Assembly: GCF_018350175.1 (NCBI RefSeq)
Contig: NC_058368.1
Location: 11,470,001 to 11,534,000, forward strand
Origin: Felis catus
Taxonomy: Eukaryota
DNA: 64,000 nt
Reading direction: 5' to 3'
The translations under genes and the position numbers were made by a program. Position 1 is the first letter of the stretch. Each line of letters opens with the position of its first letter. Below the pieces are notes generated by a model. It made no database searches, was not told the origin of the DNA, and saw only the letters and a program-made list of their open reading frames with translations. This document shows, in pieces, positions 40,121 through 53,900 of this stretch.

Positions 40121-40328
40121 GGGGGCCTGGGTGACTCGGTTAAGTGTCTGACTTTGACTCAGGTCATGATCTCAGTCTGTGAGTTCGAGCCCCATGTCGG
40201 GCTCTGTGCTGACAGCTCAGAGCCTAGAGCCTGCTTTGGATTCTGTGTCTCCCTCTCTCTCTTCCCCTCCCCTGGCTTGCACTCTGTTTCTCTTTCTCTC
40301 TCAAAGATAAAACATAAAAAATATATAT
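40121..40328 (+). mobile_element. Can-SINE inside the intronic L1
   Basis: Typical body; TSD core ATACTATTGC on both sides. Confidence 0.92.
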
Positions 40329-42752
40329 ATACTATTGCTAAGTCCTATCAATTTTGAACCATTGTGTTTCCATATTCATTTGTCTTGGGATATTTTTCTC
40401 TTTGATTTCTTAGTTGATCCATTGTTTAATAGTATGTTGTTTAGGCTCCATGTGTTTTTTTCCATTACTTTTTAAATTGATTTCTACTTTCATACCATTG
40501 TGATTACAAAAGATGCTTGATATGGTATCTATCTACTTAAATTTATTGAGATCTGTTTTTTGGCCTAACATGTGATCTGTCCTGGAGAGTGTTCCATGTG
40601 CACTTGAAAGGAACGTGTATTCTATTCCTGGGCAGAATGTTCAGTATATATCTGTTAAATCCTAAATCCATCTAGTCTTATGGCACTCAAATCTGCTGTG
40701 ATTTTCTGTCTGAATAATCTATCCCTTGATGTAAAGGAGTATTTAATTCCCCTACTAATGTATTAATGTCAGTTTCTCCCTTTATGTCTGTTAATACTTG
40801 CTTTATCTATATAGGTGCTCTTAGGCTTGGGTACATAGGTATTTACAATTGCTATATCTTCTTGTTGGATTATCCTTATGTAATGTCCTTGTCTCTTGTT
40901 AGTCTTTACTTCAAAGTCTATTTTGTCTGATATAAATACTGCCACCCCAGCTTTTTTTTCCACTTGCATTTGCATGGAATATTTTTCCCATTCCTTCACT
41001 TTCAGTCTGTATGTCTCTAGGTCTGAAGTCGGTCTCTTGTACGCAGCATATAAGTGGATCTTTTCTTTTTATATATTCATTCATTCTAGGGGTTTGATTG
41101 GAGCATTTAGAACATTTACATTGAAAGCAATTATTGATAGGTATGTACTCATAGGTAGTATCTTGTTTTCTGGTTATTTTTATAGCTCTTCTCTTCTTCT
41201 CTTTCCTTGCCTTTTGATGGCTTTCTTTTCTTCAGTGTTATGCTTTTCTGGTTGTGGTTACCATGAGGTTCATATATAACATCCTATGTGTCTAGCAATA
41301 TGTTTTAAGTTGAAGTTCAAACATGTTCTAAAAGCTACATCTTTAATTCCCTACCCCATTTTACGTATGTATATTTTATATCTATTTTGTGTATCACCTA
41401 ATTTTTGTAGATATAATGGATTTTACTAGTTTTTTCTTTTAGCCATTATACTAAGTAAATGACCTACCATCTTTAGTATAGGTTTACCAGTGAAATTTTT
41501 TCCTTTCATTATTTCTGGACTCTTTTTTGCTTAAAGAAGTCCCTTACATTTCTTATAAGACTGGTTTAGTGGGGATAGACTCCTTTAATGTTCATCTGGG
41601 AAACTCCATGTATCCTTCAATTCTGAATGATAAGCTCCCAGGTAGGGTATTCTTGGTTATAGACTTTTTTCCTTTTAGCACTTTACAAGCCAAAAGGCAG
41701 TGGCATGATCTATTCAAAATTCCTGCCAAGAAATCAGCTTATAGCCTGATGAGGCTTCCCTCCTGTGTAACTAGTTGCTTTCCTATTGCTGCTTTTAGGA
41801 TTCTTTAATTTTTTGACTTTTTAAATATTATGTGACCTCCTTGGGTTCATTGTGTTCGAGGCACTCTGTACTTCTGGGCCTGGATCTGGAGTATTTCCTT
41901 CTCAGGGTTAGAGAAGTTATCTGTTATTACTTATCTGCCCCTGTCTTCTCCTTCTGACCCCTATAATGCAAATGTTAGTAAAACTGATATTGTCCAAAGG
42001 TCCCTTAACTTAGCCTCATTTTTTTTAAATTTGTTTTTTTTTTTTGCGGTTCAGCTTGTATGCTATTACTCTTCCAGATTGTGACCCATTCTTCTGCATC
42101 CTCTAATTGCTTTTAATTCCCTCTATTGTATTTTTCATTTCAGTTATTACTCAAGTCTAGTGAGTATCTTTATGGCCATTCCTTTGAACCTGTATCAGGT
42201 AGATTACTCATCTGTTTGGGACTTCTCAGGTTTTATATTGTCCTTTCATTGGGAACGTATTTCCCTCTTTCCACATTTTGTCTAACTCTGTTTCCTTGTA
42301 TTAGATCTTGAAATTAGTGGCTTTATATAAAAGGTGTCCTCCGGAGCCCTGTAGTACATGCCCCTGGTCAGGAGAACCAGGCACGCCAGGGGCGTCTCCT
42401 CTGTGGGCTGAACGTGCCTGCCTTTGTTACTGGGCCAGGATTCCTGCAGGCATGTTGGGGAGCAGGGCTGACCCCACCTAGGCTGGCTGAGTTGCCTGGC
42501 TACAGGTGCCACGGGTCTGCTGGTAGTGGGGGTTAGCCCCTGGTACCTTCTGGCTGAGAGACCTGCCTGCCATGGCAGAGCTAGCGGTGGTAGAGATTGG
42601 CAGAACTGGCTACCCCCAGCATCAGGCCGGCTAGACTTGAGAGGAAGAAACCAACACTTTTATTCACAGAAGTTCCTATAAATCCCTGCCCGTCTGACAC
42701 ATGCCCTAAAATTAGTCAATAAATCTGCTTCATATATAGCCCAGATGTTTTT

Positions 42753-43137
42753 TTTTATATGAAATTTATTGACAAATTGGTTTCCATACAACACCCAGTG
42801 CTCATCCCAAAAGGTGCCCTCCTCAATACCCATCACCCACCCTCTCCTCCCTCCCACCCCCCATCAACCCTCAGTTTGTTCTCAGTTTTTCACAGTCTCT
42901 TATGCTTTGGCTCTCTCCCACTCTAACCTTTTTTTTTTTTCCTTCCCCTCCCCCATGGGTTCCTGTTAAGTTTCTCAGGGTCCACATAAGAGTGAAACCA
43001 TATGGTATCTGTCTTTCTCTGTATGGCTTATTTCACTTAGCATCACACTCTCCAGTTCCATCCACGTTGCTACAAAAGGCCATATTTCATTTTTTCTCAT
43101 TGCCACGTAATATTCCATTGTGTATATAAACCACAAG
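42753..43137 (-). mobile_element. Younger 5'-truncated L1 3' end nested in the 5' UTR of the intronic L1
   Basis: TSD TAGCCCAGATGTTTTT (42737-42752, 43138-43153); reverse complement of the 56410-56790-type 3' end. Confidence 0.92.
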
Positions 43138-44094
43138 TAGCCCAGATGTTTTTAATACTACTGCCTCTGAAATGCCTCAGAATGATTGATATAGTGTGCT
43201 GGCCCTTTAAAAGCAGAACCTCAGTTTACTATAGTCCTCCCCCTCTTCTGCAGCCCCAGGGGTTTTCAAAGCTGGATGGTATGGGGGCTCATCTTCCCCA
43301 TTTTGACTCCCAGGACAAGGCGTGCCTGATGTGGGGCTTGATCCCCTCACTCCTCAGGGAGCTCTGCACCTGTGATACCTTTCCTCCTTGTGGATCGCCA
43401 CACCTGGAGTTTGGTTCTTTACCATGTCTCTGCCCCTCCCACCCTATCGATGTAGCCTTTCTTTATATCTTTAGCTGTGAAAACGCTGTTCTGCTGGTCT
43501 TAAGGTTGTTTTCAGAGGGTGTTGCATTATATGAAGTTGTAGTCTCAGGCTGTCCCTGGAGGAAGGGAGCTCAGGGTCCCCCTACTCTGCCGTCTTCCCA
43601 AGCTCTTTCTCTGATATCTTACTTAGAAGAATTGCCTCGGTAAATTTTAAGCCTAGTACTGGAGTAGGTAGTTGCATTTAATAGGCATCTGTGCAAAGAA
43701 AAATAATTCTGGCCCCGTGGGCTAGCTGGAAATGAAGAAAGATGAAAATGTTGGATACATCAACTTTCCAAAGAAGACATCATCAACTTACATTACAAAG
43801 GACAAAATAAACCTTTAAGTGCACATCAAGTCATTAAAATGCCCTTGAGATCAAATTACAAAACAGCTGACTTCCATAGTATATTTTGGGGGCACGAAGA
43901 AGTGACGTAGGTTCTCTTTTTATGATCGCTGGTACCAACGGAGAAGTTTTGAGGTAAAATATCTCTTACTTCTGTAACATGAATACTAACATCACCTTGA
44001 GATTTTTCTTCCTTAAATTGTATCTTTCATCTTTTCCCATAGCATACAAATAGTGAGAAAAAATTCTTTTTCAAGCAAGATCCATGTTTATGAT

Positions 44095-44310
44095 TACATT
44101 TATTTGGCACATAAATGCTTAATACTAAGCATTTTATATACATCGTCTCATCTTTAAAGTTACCTGTGAGGCAGGTAATGTCTTCGGTCTTACAAATGAG
44201 AAAACTGAAGCACATATAAGTCTATGTACTTGACTACAGTCCCACAGTGCAGTGTAGAATTGGCATTTGAACCCAGCTCCACCCAAGCCTAGTGTCTTAC
44301 GCATTTTAAC
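44095..44310 (-). mobile_element. MIR SINE
   Basis: ttacaaatgagaaaactgaagcaca ... ggcatttgaacccag is the reversed MIR core. Confidence 0.7.
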
Positions 44311-44576
44311 TCCGGGTTTGTCCATCTACTTAAATAGAAAACATGTTAAAGGAAATGTTAGCCCCTCATCTAAGGAGAGTATCCCAGTGATTGATACATA
44401 AAGTTATCCAATGCATCCAACCCCTTACACATCCCATGTAGTAATTTTATTTGTCCTGTTTTAGCTTACCAAGATATTAAGCTTGTGCTTAACCAGACCT
44501 TAATACGATAAAGATTTCTTCTCTAAGGGATGCAAAATCCAGCTTGCAACTAAATACAAAAATAACTTTTTTTTAA

Positions 44577-44783
<207 letters not shown>

Positions 44784-45174
44784 TAACTCTACTATTGCTT
44801 TTAGAAACGGTTAAAGGAAATCCTTGCCTAATAGTTACTTTGTCATGGTGGGGGACTGAATCACTACAGAAGGGACATCCAGATATTTTATACACATCCT
44901 TCTCAGCTATTACCACACCAGAAATATCAGATTTTAGAACTTGTGTGTCTAAAGTCTAGGCGTTATTTTTCGCCTTTTGGTCATCCCTAAAAATGTTGAA
45001 ACACTTCAGATTATGTTGGAGTATACTTTGAGAACTATTATCTGAATGTATCCTTGTCCCCTTACATTTTGATACTATCTTCACATTCGTCAGAATCAGA
45101 ATGTTATAGCAAATCAAATTCCATTCTGATAGTTAGAAGCTTTAGATATTTTCATCAAAACCAGTAACATTCTA

Positions 45175-45292
45175 CAGTTGGTTATGGTGATGTTTGCAAA
45201 ACTCTGAATATACTAAAAGCCATTGAGTTGTATGCTTTAGATGGTTGAATTGTATAGCATGTGAGTTATATCTCAAAGCTAGTGTTTTTAAG
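45175..45292 (+). mobile_element. Ancient L1M 3'-end fragment
   Basis: ggtgatgtttgcaaaactctgaatatactaaaagccattgagttgtatgctttagatggttgaattgtat typical of old L1M termini. Confidence 0.65.
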
Positions 45293-45353
45293 TAATATTC
45301 TTATATTACCGAGGCTAATAACCTCCCAACTTTGTGATCAATAGTGCCTCTAA

Positions 45354-45635
<282 letters not shown>

Positions 45636-46800
45636 CAGGAGCCTCCCATCCCCCATGCGTTCCAAGCTGGGGGTGCTGTCATGCTGGGGTGACGTCATTC
45701 AGTGTCTTTTCAGCCTTCAGAAGGCTTGGTCAGACTGTTCTCCCTCTTGTTACCTGTAGGACTTTTTCTAAACAGGACAACAGAACTTCCAACGTGTAGC
45801 AATACTATAAGAACCAAGGTAGCATAGAACATTCTGGGACAGACTCCATCCATCATGCTGTGTGGCACAAAGGTGTTATCATTTCACTGAGCAGATGCAA
45901 CTCACTACTGAAGAAAGTGACTTCCATTGCATACCAAAGCCGACTACACTGAATAATACCTTCCTTTCTAGAAACAGTTTTAGATTGGCAAAAGTGCAAT
46001 GTTTTCTTCACTAAAAAATGTTTTATATTCTAAAACTTGTACATTCTTTTTTCTTTTTTTCCTTTTTTTCTTTTTTTGGTGGGCTGAGGAAGGGACAGGC
46101 AGAATGAAGCTGGCCACTGAAAATTGTAAGACGGTCAAAAGCTGACAGCCTGTGTATGTGAAGAGGGAATTGTAAATGGACAATTTAATATACACTGTAA
46201 TTTGAATACAATTACTGTATCTAAAAGGAGCTGCTATGAAGTACCTTTCTTATGTTGCTAGGCTACTGTTTCTGAAAGCCCTGGATCTCTTTGCAGGAGT
46301 CTGTGATTAGGACCCTAGCACCAAATATGGTCCAGACAGACCTTTTTGTAAAGGTCTTGGCTGCTTTTTACTAGAAGGTTGCTTATATGAGCATATTTAT
46401 ACTACAAAAGGATGAGTGTTAATTTTAACCAACTTTGCCATTTTGTAGAAAAAAGTTAAATTCACATTACAAATTCCAAGTCTTTTCACCGGTCACGCAT
46501 GCATATTTTAATATCCATTTGGATAGCCAGAAGTAGAATCATAAAGATAAACTATGAGTTGTCACTTTGTTACTTAAGAGATGTCATGTTTTATTTGTAA
46601 CATATATGTAAAGGGCCATTCTTCAGTTTTCTCCTTAAACTTAATGCTGTCAAGTGTTAGACGTGTGCATGTAAACCAGTTGCACATCAGAAACATATTC
46701 AAAGTTTATCTATGTAACTTATTCACTCTGTAAATACATTTAAAGTTTTTGTGATGTAATCTTGGTTGATCTTCTATTCAGAACTTCCTTTAGACTTAAA
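45636..46800 (+). other. FRY: FRY 3' UTR (3' end approximate)
   Basis: Unique AT-rich, repeat-free sequence after the stop codon; TGTAAATA (Pumilio-type UGUAHAUA) at 46729-46736; variant hexamer AATACA at 46733-46738; genomic A17 at 46798-46814. Confidence 0.65.
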
Positions 46801-47404
46801 AAAAAAAAAAAAAAGACAAAATACATATTGACCATGGATTTTATTTCTGGTTAGAAGATCTTTGCCTTTGACATACATTTACAGATGTGCATGGGGGTTG
46901 CCACAGTGACAACCGCAAGGGGCACCATTCATCTAGGGTCCATGGCTGGCACTCACAGTTCCTGCTCCAGAGAGGGCCTATCTGTAACCTCGCTGTAAGT
47001 GGACATGGCTACGATAGTGACTTTCAACCAGCTCTCTCTATAATGAGCCAAAGAGAAATCACAAGAGTGAGGGCTCTAATCGTCGACACCTGTCATGAGG
47101 TTGTCATCCTTAAAATTGGGAAACAGAATCAAAACTCCTACTTTGGACTATAGAGTCTGTCGCAACACTCACCTAGCTCTACCTGACATGAAAAAACAGG
47201 GGCACAGACACACACAACAATCAACTGCTACTGCCTTTCTACTCATGTTTACCTAGACTAACAGATGTAACTTGCTTTTCTAACATACAGTAGCCAAATC
47301 TTCAGTAGTAATTTTCTAGAAGTAGCCTGTAACAGGGAGTATGAGCCAAGATGTTTTTTATGTTACCATATGTACAAGTATTAACTAATTGTAGTAACTT
47401 TTTT

Positions 47405-48820
47405 GAGGAGAGGAGGGTTCAAGACGGCAGCATAGAAAGATGCTGAGCTCACATCCTCCAATGGACACCAAAAATCTACAATTATATTCAGAGTAATTCC
47501 CACAGAAAAAGACCTAGAAACTGGATGAATAGAGCCTTCGCAAAAAGGAAAAGCATGGAGACAGGTAAGAGAGGCAAGAGGTCTCACCAAAGAAAACACA
47601 TACTCCTGGCACAGTGTTCCAGAGTCAGGAAAGTTCTCAAAGTTGTAAGCTTTTTTCTGAAAAGCAACATATTTGAGATCTATATCGGGAACCCTGGCCC
47701 TTACATCCTGCATGAGACAGGAGTCCCCAAAACACCTGACTATGAAAACCAAAATGGAATAGGTCCAAGAAAATTATAGAACTGTAAGGAAAGGGAATTC
47801 TACTCTCCTTTTTATGTTTTTTTTTTATTTTATTTAAATCAAAGGTAGTTAACATAGAGTGTAATAATGGTTTCAGGAGTAGGATTTAGTGGTTCATCAC
47901 TTACATATAACACCCAGTGCTCATCCTTAAAAGCCCTCATGTACAGGTACTCACTCAACCCAGAAACCAGTACATAAATACCAGATCAAAAAGTGCACAC
48001 ATCACAGGTGAAGGAGACCGACTTACTAATTTTGGAGTACCTGCCAGGGAGTCAGGAAGCACCTGGGGCTTACATGGAGACTGAGAGACAGGGACAGAAG
48101 CCATTTTTGTTCTTTCTGCCATGCTGAGCCCCGCCCTGGCAAGTGCCACTCTAGACTGCTAATGCCAGGAAACATGCCCCCATTGAGAGTCCTGTACAAC
48201 CTTGCATCTCAGCAGGTCCTCACAGCCAGCCAGGCCAGGCACCAACCCAACCCCATTTGCACACCTCCATCAGTTGCTCCAGATGCAGAGCCAGCTAGGA
48301 CAGGGACCAGCCCTCCCAGCAATATAGCCACAACAGTCTGGCACCACTGAGCAGGGGGTGCATGCAGCTCTGCGGGAACAGGCCTGGAGCATCTGAGTCT
48401 GGTGTACAAGTGATTGTGCTTCTGCGCCCCATAGGCTCTCCCACATAAGGCCACTCCTTCCAGACCAGCAGACGTAGTTGAACTACCTAATACGGACACA
48501 GACACAGAGACAGGCAAAATGAGACAGAGCAGTGTATTCCAAATGAAAGTAAAAGACAAAACAGACAATGAAAGGAAACAGACATGCAGGCACAAGCAGC
48601 ATAGAGTGTCCCAAACAAGATAAATCCAAAGAGATGCATATCAAGGCACATTGTAATAAAAATATCAAAACCTAAACAAAGAAAGAAAATTTTAAAAGCA
48701 AGAAAGAAATTATTCTATATAAGGAAACCACCATAAGACTATCAGCTTATTTTTCAGCAGAAACTTTGCAGGTCAGAGTGACAGGCAAGATATATTCAAA
48801 GTACTAAAAGGAAAAAAAAA
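47405..48820 (+). mobile_element. Old host L1: 5' UTR and partial ORF1 (continues at 56794)
   Basis: Start aagacggcagcatag..gctgagctc resembles the 5' end of the intronic L1; ORF1-like cagcagaaactttgcagg..gatatattcaaagtact; a short minus-strand L1 3' end is inserted at ~47810-47927. Confidence 0.8.
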
Positions 48821-50914
48821 GTACACCTTAAGGAACTAGAAGCAGAACAGCAAACACACCCCAAACCCAGCAGAAGAGAATAAAAATCAGAGCAGAAATA
48901 AACAATATAGAATCCGAAAAAACAGATCAATGAAACTAAAAGTCGGTTTTTTGAAAAAATGAAATTGATAAACCTCTAGCCAGGCTTTTCAAAAAGAAAA
49001 GAGAGAGGACCCAAATAGATAAGATCATGTATAAAAATGGAATTATTACAACCAATCCCTCAGAAATACAAGCAATTATCAGGGAATACTATGAAAAATT
49101 ATATGCCAACAAACTGGACAACCTGGAAGAAATGGACAAATTCCTAGAGAAATACACACTACCAAAAGTGAAACAGGAAGAAACAGAAAATTTGAACAGA
49201 TCCACAACCAGTGAAGAAATTGAATCACTTATCAAAATCTCCCAACAAATAAGAGTCCTAGACCAGATGGTTTCCCTGGGGAATTCTACCAGACATGTAA
49301 AGCAGAGATAATACCTATCCTTCTCAAGCTGTTCCAAAAAATGGAAAGGGAAGGAAAACTTCCAGACTCATTCTATGAAGCCAGCGTTACTTTGATTCCC
49401 AAACCAGACAGAGACCCAGCGGGGGGGGGTGGGGGGGGTGGGGGGGGTGGGGGGGGTGGGGGGGATGGGGGGGGTGGGGGGGGGGACTACAGGCCAATAT
49501 CCCTGATGAATATGGATGCAAAACTTCTCAACAAGATACTAGCAAATCGAATTCAATAGCATATAAAAAGAATCATTCACCATGATCAAGTGGAATTAAT
49601 TCCTGGGCTGCAGGGCTGGTTCAATATTTGCAAAGCAATCAATGTGATACATCACATTAATAAATGAGAAGAACCATATGATCCTGTCAATCGATGCAGA
49701 AAAAGCATTTCAGAAAATATAGCATCCTTTCTTAATAAAAACCCTCAAGAAAGTCAGGATAGAAGGAACATGCTTAAACGTCATAAATGCCATTTACAAA
49801 AAGCCCACAGCTAATATCACCCTCAATGGCAAAAAACTGAGAGCTTTCCCCTGAGATCAGGAACACGATAGGGATGTCTACTCTCACCACTGTTGTTTAA
49901 CATAGTGTTGGAAGTCCTAGCCTCAGCAATGAGACAATGAAATGAAATCAAAGGCATCAAAATTGGCAAAGATGAAGTAAAACTTTCACTTTTCACAGAC
50001 GACAGGATACTCTACATGGAAAACCTGACAGACTCCACCAGAAGTCTGCTAAAACTGATACACGAATTCAGCAAAGTTGCAGCGTACAAAAATCAATGTA
50101 CAGAAATTGGTTGCATTTTTATACACCAATAATGAAGCAACAGAAAGAGAAAGAAATTGATCCCATTCACAATTGCATCAGGAACCATAAAATACCTAGG
50201 AATAGACCTAACCAAAGATGTAAAAGATCTGTATGCTGAAAACTATAGAAAACTTATGAAGGAAATTGAAGAAGATACAAAGAAATGGAAAAACATTCCA
50301 TGCTCATGGATAGGAAGAATAAATATTGTCAAAATGCAATCTATATACCCAAAGCAATCTATATATTCAATGCAGTCCCAATCAAAATTGCATCAGCATT
50401 CTTCTCAAAGCTAGAACAAACAATTCTAAAATTTGTATGGAACCATAAAACACGCCAAATAGCCAAAGTAATATTGAGGAAGAAAACCAAAGCAGGAGGC
50501 ATCATAATCCCAGACTTTAGCCTGTACTACAAAGCTTTCATCATCAAGACAGTATGGTATTGGCACAAAAACAGACACCTAGACCAATGGAATAGAACAG
50601 AGAACCCAGAATTGGACCCACAAATGTATGGCCAACTAATCTTTGGCAAAGGAGGAAACAGAATCCATTGGAAAAAAGACAGTCTCTTCAACAAATGGTG
50701 CTGAGAGAACTGGACAGCAACATGCAAAAGAAAGAAACTAGACCACTTTCTTATACCATACACAAAAATAAACTGAAAATAGATAAAGGACCTGAATGTG
50801 ACACAGGGAACCATCAAAACCCTAGAGGAGAAAGCAGGCAAAAACCTCTTTGACCTCAGCCGCAGCAAATTCTTCCTTGACACACCTCCAAAGGCAAGGG
50901 AATTAAAAGTAAAA
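48821..50914 (+). mobile_element. 5'-truncated L1 ORF2 segment lacking its own 3' end
   Basis: Collinear with 53724-55766 of the adjacent L1; degraded RT motif (FTDDR); ends abruptly at ttaaaagtaaaaatg. Confidence 0.92.
49421..49485 (+). repeat. (GGGGGGGGT)n G-rich tandem repeat inside L1 ORF2
   Basis: About 7 units with a 9-bp period. Confidence 0.85.
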
Positions 50915-53900
50915 ATGGAGGTGGCTGGGAAGATGTCAGTGTAGGAAGACACTGGGCTCACTGCCTAATGAGGATCATTTAGATTCCACCCACACCTGCC
51001 TAAATAACCCAGAAAATCACCAGAAGACTCGCAGAACGGATTCTCCGGAGCCAAGCATAGATGAGAGATCCATGGAAGAGGGTAGGAAGGGCGGAGAGGC
51101 AGAGCACGCTACACGGACTGGCGGGAGGGAGCCAGGGCAGAGGGGCGGCCCGCCAGCCAAGCAGAGCCCCCAAGACTGACTGGCAAAAACAGAGGGGCCG
51201 GATGGATTGTGTTCTGAGAGCAAGCAGGACTTAACATCTGGAAGATTGTAAGTTAACAGCTCTGCTCAGAGAGCGGGAGGGCTGGAGGACAACGGGAGGG
51301 AGAGTTGCTGAGCCCGGGACGACAGAGCTCAGTTTGGTGGGGAACAAAGGCGCTCACCAGTGCCATCTCCCTCAACCATCCCCCAGCCAAAATCCCAAAG
51401 GGAACTGGTTCCTGTCAGGGAACTTGCTCACACCGCCCAAACACCCAACGCTGTGCTTCTGTGGATCCATCCCTGTGGCAGGTCTGACTCCCTCGCAGTG
51501 CCGCAGGGCCCCTCCCGAAGCGGATCACTGAAGGATAAGCAAGCTGAGCCTGCCCCTCCCGCCCCCGTGCACCTTGCCGACCCACCCCAGCTACTACACC
51601 AGATCCCCAGCACCACAAGCCTGGCAGGGTGCAAGTAGCCCAGACGGGACACCCCACCCCAAGTGAATCCCGCCCCTAGAAGAGGGGAAGAGAAGGCACA
51701 CACCAGTCTGACTGTGGCCCCAGCGGTGGGCTGGGGGCAGACATCAGGTCTGACTGTGGCGCCGCCCACCAATGCAAGTTATTCAAGACAGCACAGGGGA
51801 AGTGCCCCACAGTTCCACACCACTCCAGGGACTATCTAAAATGATGAAACGGAAGAATTCCCCTCAAAAAAACCTCCAGGAAATAACGACAGCTAACGGA
51901 CTGATCAAAAACGATTTAAACAATATAACAGAAAGTGAATTTAGAATAATAGTCATAAAATTAATCGCTGGGCTTGAAAACAGTATAAAGGACAGCAGAG
52001 AATCTTGCTACAGAGATCAAGGGACTAAGGAACAGCCAGAAGAAGCTAAAAAATGCTATTAATGAGCTGCAAAATAAGATGGAGACAACTACGGCTTGGA
52101 TTGAAGAGGCAGAGGAGAGAATAGGTGAACTAGAAGATAAAACTATGGAAAAAGAGGAAGCTGAGAAAAAGATAAAAAAATACAGGAGTATGAGGGGAAA
52201 ATTAGAGAACTAAGTGATGCACTGAAGAGAAATAATATACGTATAATTGGTATTCCACAGGAGGAAGAGAGAGGGAAAGGTGCTGAAAGTATACTTGAAG
52301 AAATCATAGCTGAGAACTTCCCTGATCTGGGGAAAGAAAGAAGCATTGAAATCCAAGAGGCACAGAGAACTCCCTTCAGACGTAACTTGAATTGATCTTC
52401 TGCATGGCATATCATAGTGAAACTGGCAAAATACGGGGATAAAGAGAAAATTCTGAAAGCAGCTAGGGATAAACGTGCTCTAACATATAAAGGGAGACCG
52501 ATAGGACTAGTGACAGATCTCTCTACTGAAACTTGGCAGGCCAGAAAGGAATGGCAGGAGATCTTCAAAGTGATGAACAGAAAAAAAATATGCAGCAGAG
52601 AATCCTCTATCCAGCAAATCTGTCCTTTAGAATAGAAGGAGAGATAAAGGTCTTCCCAAACAAACTGAAGGAATTAATCACCACTAAACCAGCCCTACAA
52701 GAGATCCTAAGGGGGATCCTGTGAGACAAAGTACCAGAGACATCACTACAAGCATGAAACCTACAGACATCACAATGACTCTAAACCTGTATCTTTCTAT
52801 AATAACACTGAATGTAAATGGACTAAATGTGCCAACCAAAAGACATAGGGTATCAGATTGGATAGAAAAACAAGACCCATCTATTTGCTGTCTACAAGAG
52901 ACTCATTTTAGGCCTGAGGACACTTTCAGATTGAAAGTGAGGGGATGGAGAACTATTTATCATGCCACTGGAAGTCAAAAGAAAGCTGGAGTAGCCATAC
53001 TTATATCAGACAAACTAGACTTTAAATTAAAGGCTGTAACAAGAGATGAAGAAGGGCATTATATAATAATTACAGGGTCTATCCGTCAAGAAGAACTAAT
53101 AATTATAAATGTCTATGCGCCGAATACAGGAGCCCCCAAATATATAAAACAATTACTCACAAACATAAGCAACCTTATCAAGAATGTGGTAGCTGCAGGG
53201 GACTTTAATACCCCACTTACAACAATGGATAGATCATCTAGACACATGGTCAATAAAGAAACAAGGGCCCTGAATGATACATTGGATCAGATGGACTTGA
53301 CAGATATATTTAGAACTCTGCATCCCAAAGCAACAGAATATACTTTCTTCTCGAGTGCATATGGAACATTCTCCAAGATAGATCACATACTGGGTCACAA
53401 AACAGCCCTTCATAAGTATACAAGAATTGAGATCATACCATGCATACTTTCGGACCACAATGCTATGAAGCTTGAAATCACCACAGGAAAAAGTCTGGAA
53501 AACCCCCAAAAGCATGGAGGCTAAAGAACACCCTACTAAAGCAGGAATGGGCCAACCAGGCAATTAGAGAAGAAATTAAAAAATATATGGAAACAAACGA
53601 AAATGAAAATACAACAATCCAAATGCTTTGGGATGCAGTGAAGGCAGTCCTGAGAGGAAAATACGTTGCAATCCAGGCCTATCTCAAGAAACAAGAAAAA
53701 TCCCAAATACAAAATCTAACAGCACACCTAAAGGAAATAGAAGCAGAGCAGCAAAGACACCCCAACCCAGAAGAGGAGAAATAATAAAGATCAGAGCAGA
53801 AACAAACAATATAGAATCTAAAAAAACTGTAGAGCAGATCAATGAAACCCAGAGTTGGTTTTTTGAAAAAATAAAAATTGATAAACCTCTAGCCATGCTT

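Larger units (their letters stand above)
37103..43608 (-). mobile_element. Old near full-length L1 (carnivore L1_Carn-like), antisense in a FRY intron, decayed
   Basis: Minus-strand ORF2 remnants ([31 protein letters not shown]), ORF1 remnant near 41.6-42.2 kb, 5' UTR to ~43.6 kb, 3' UTR and poly-T at 37.1 kb; many stops and frameshifts. Confidence 0.92.

Noticed and set aside
43146..43643. 165-aa ORF antisense to the L1 5' UTR (ORF0-like?)
   Set aside because: Its ATG lies within the TSD of a nested insertion in an old degenerate element; no homology or splice support is visible.
49341..49559. Poly-glycine protein
   Set aside because: Translation of a G-rich tandem repeat inside a dead L1 fragment.
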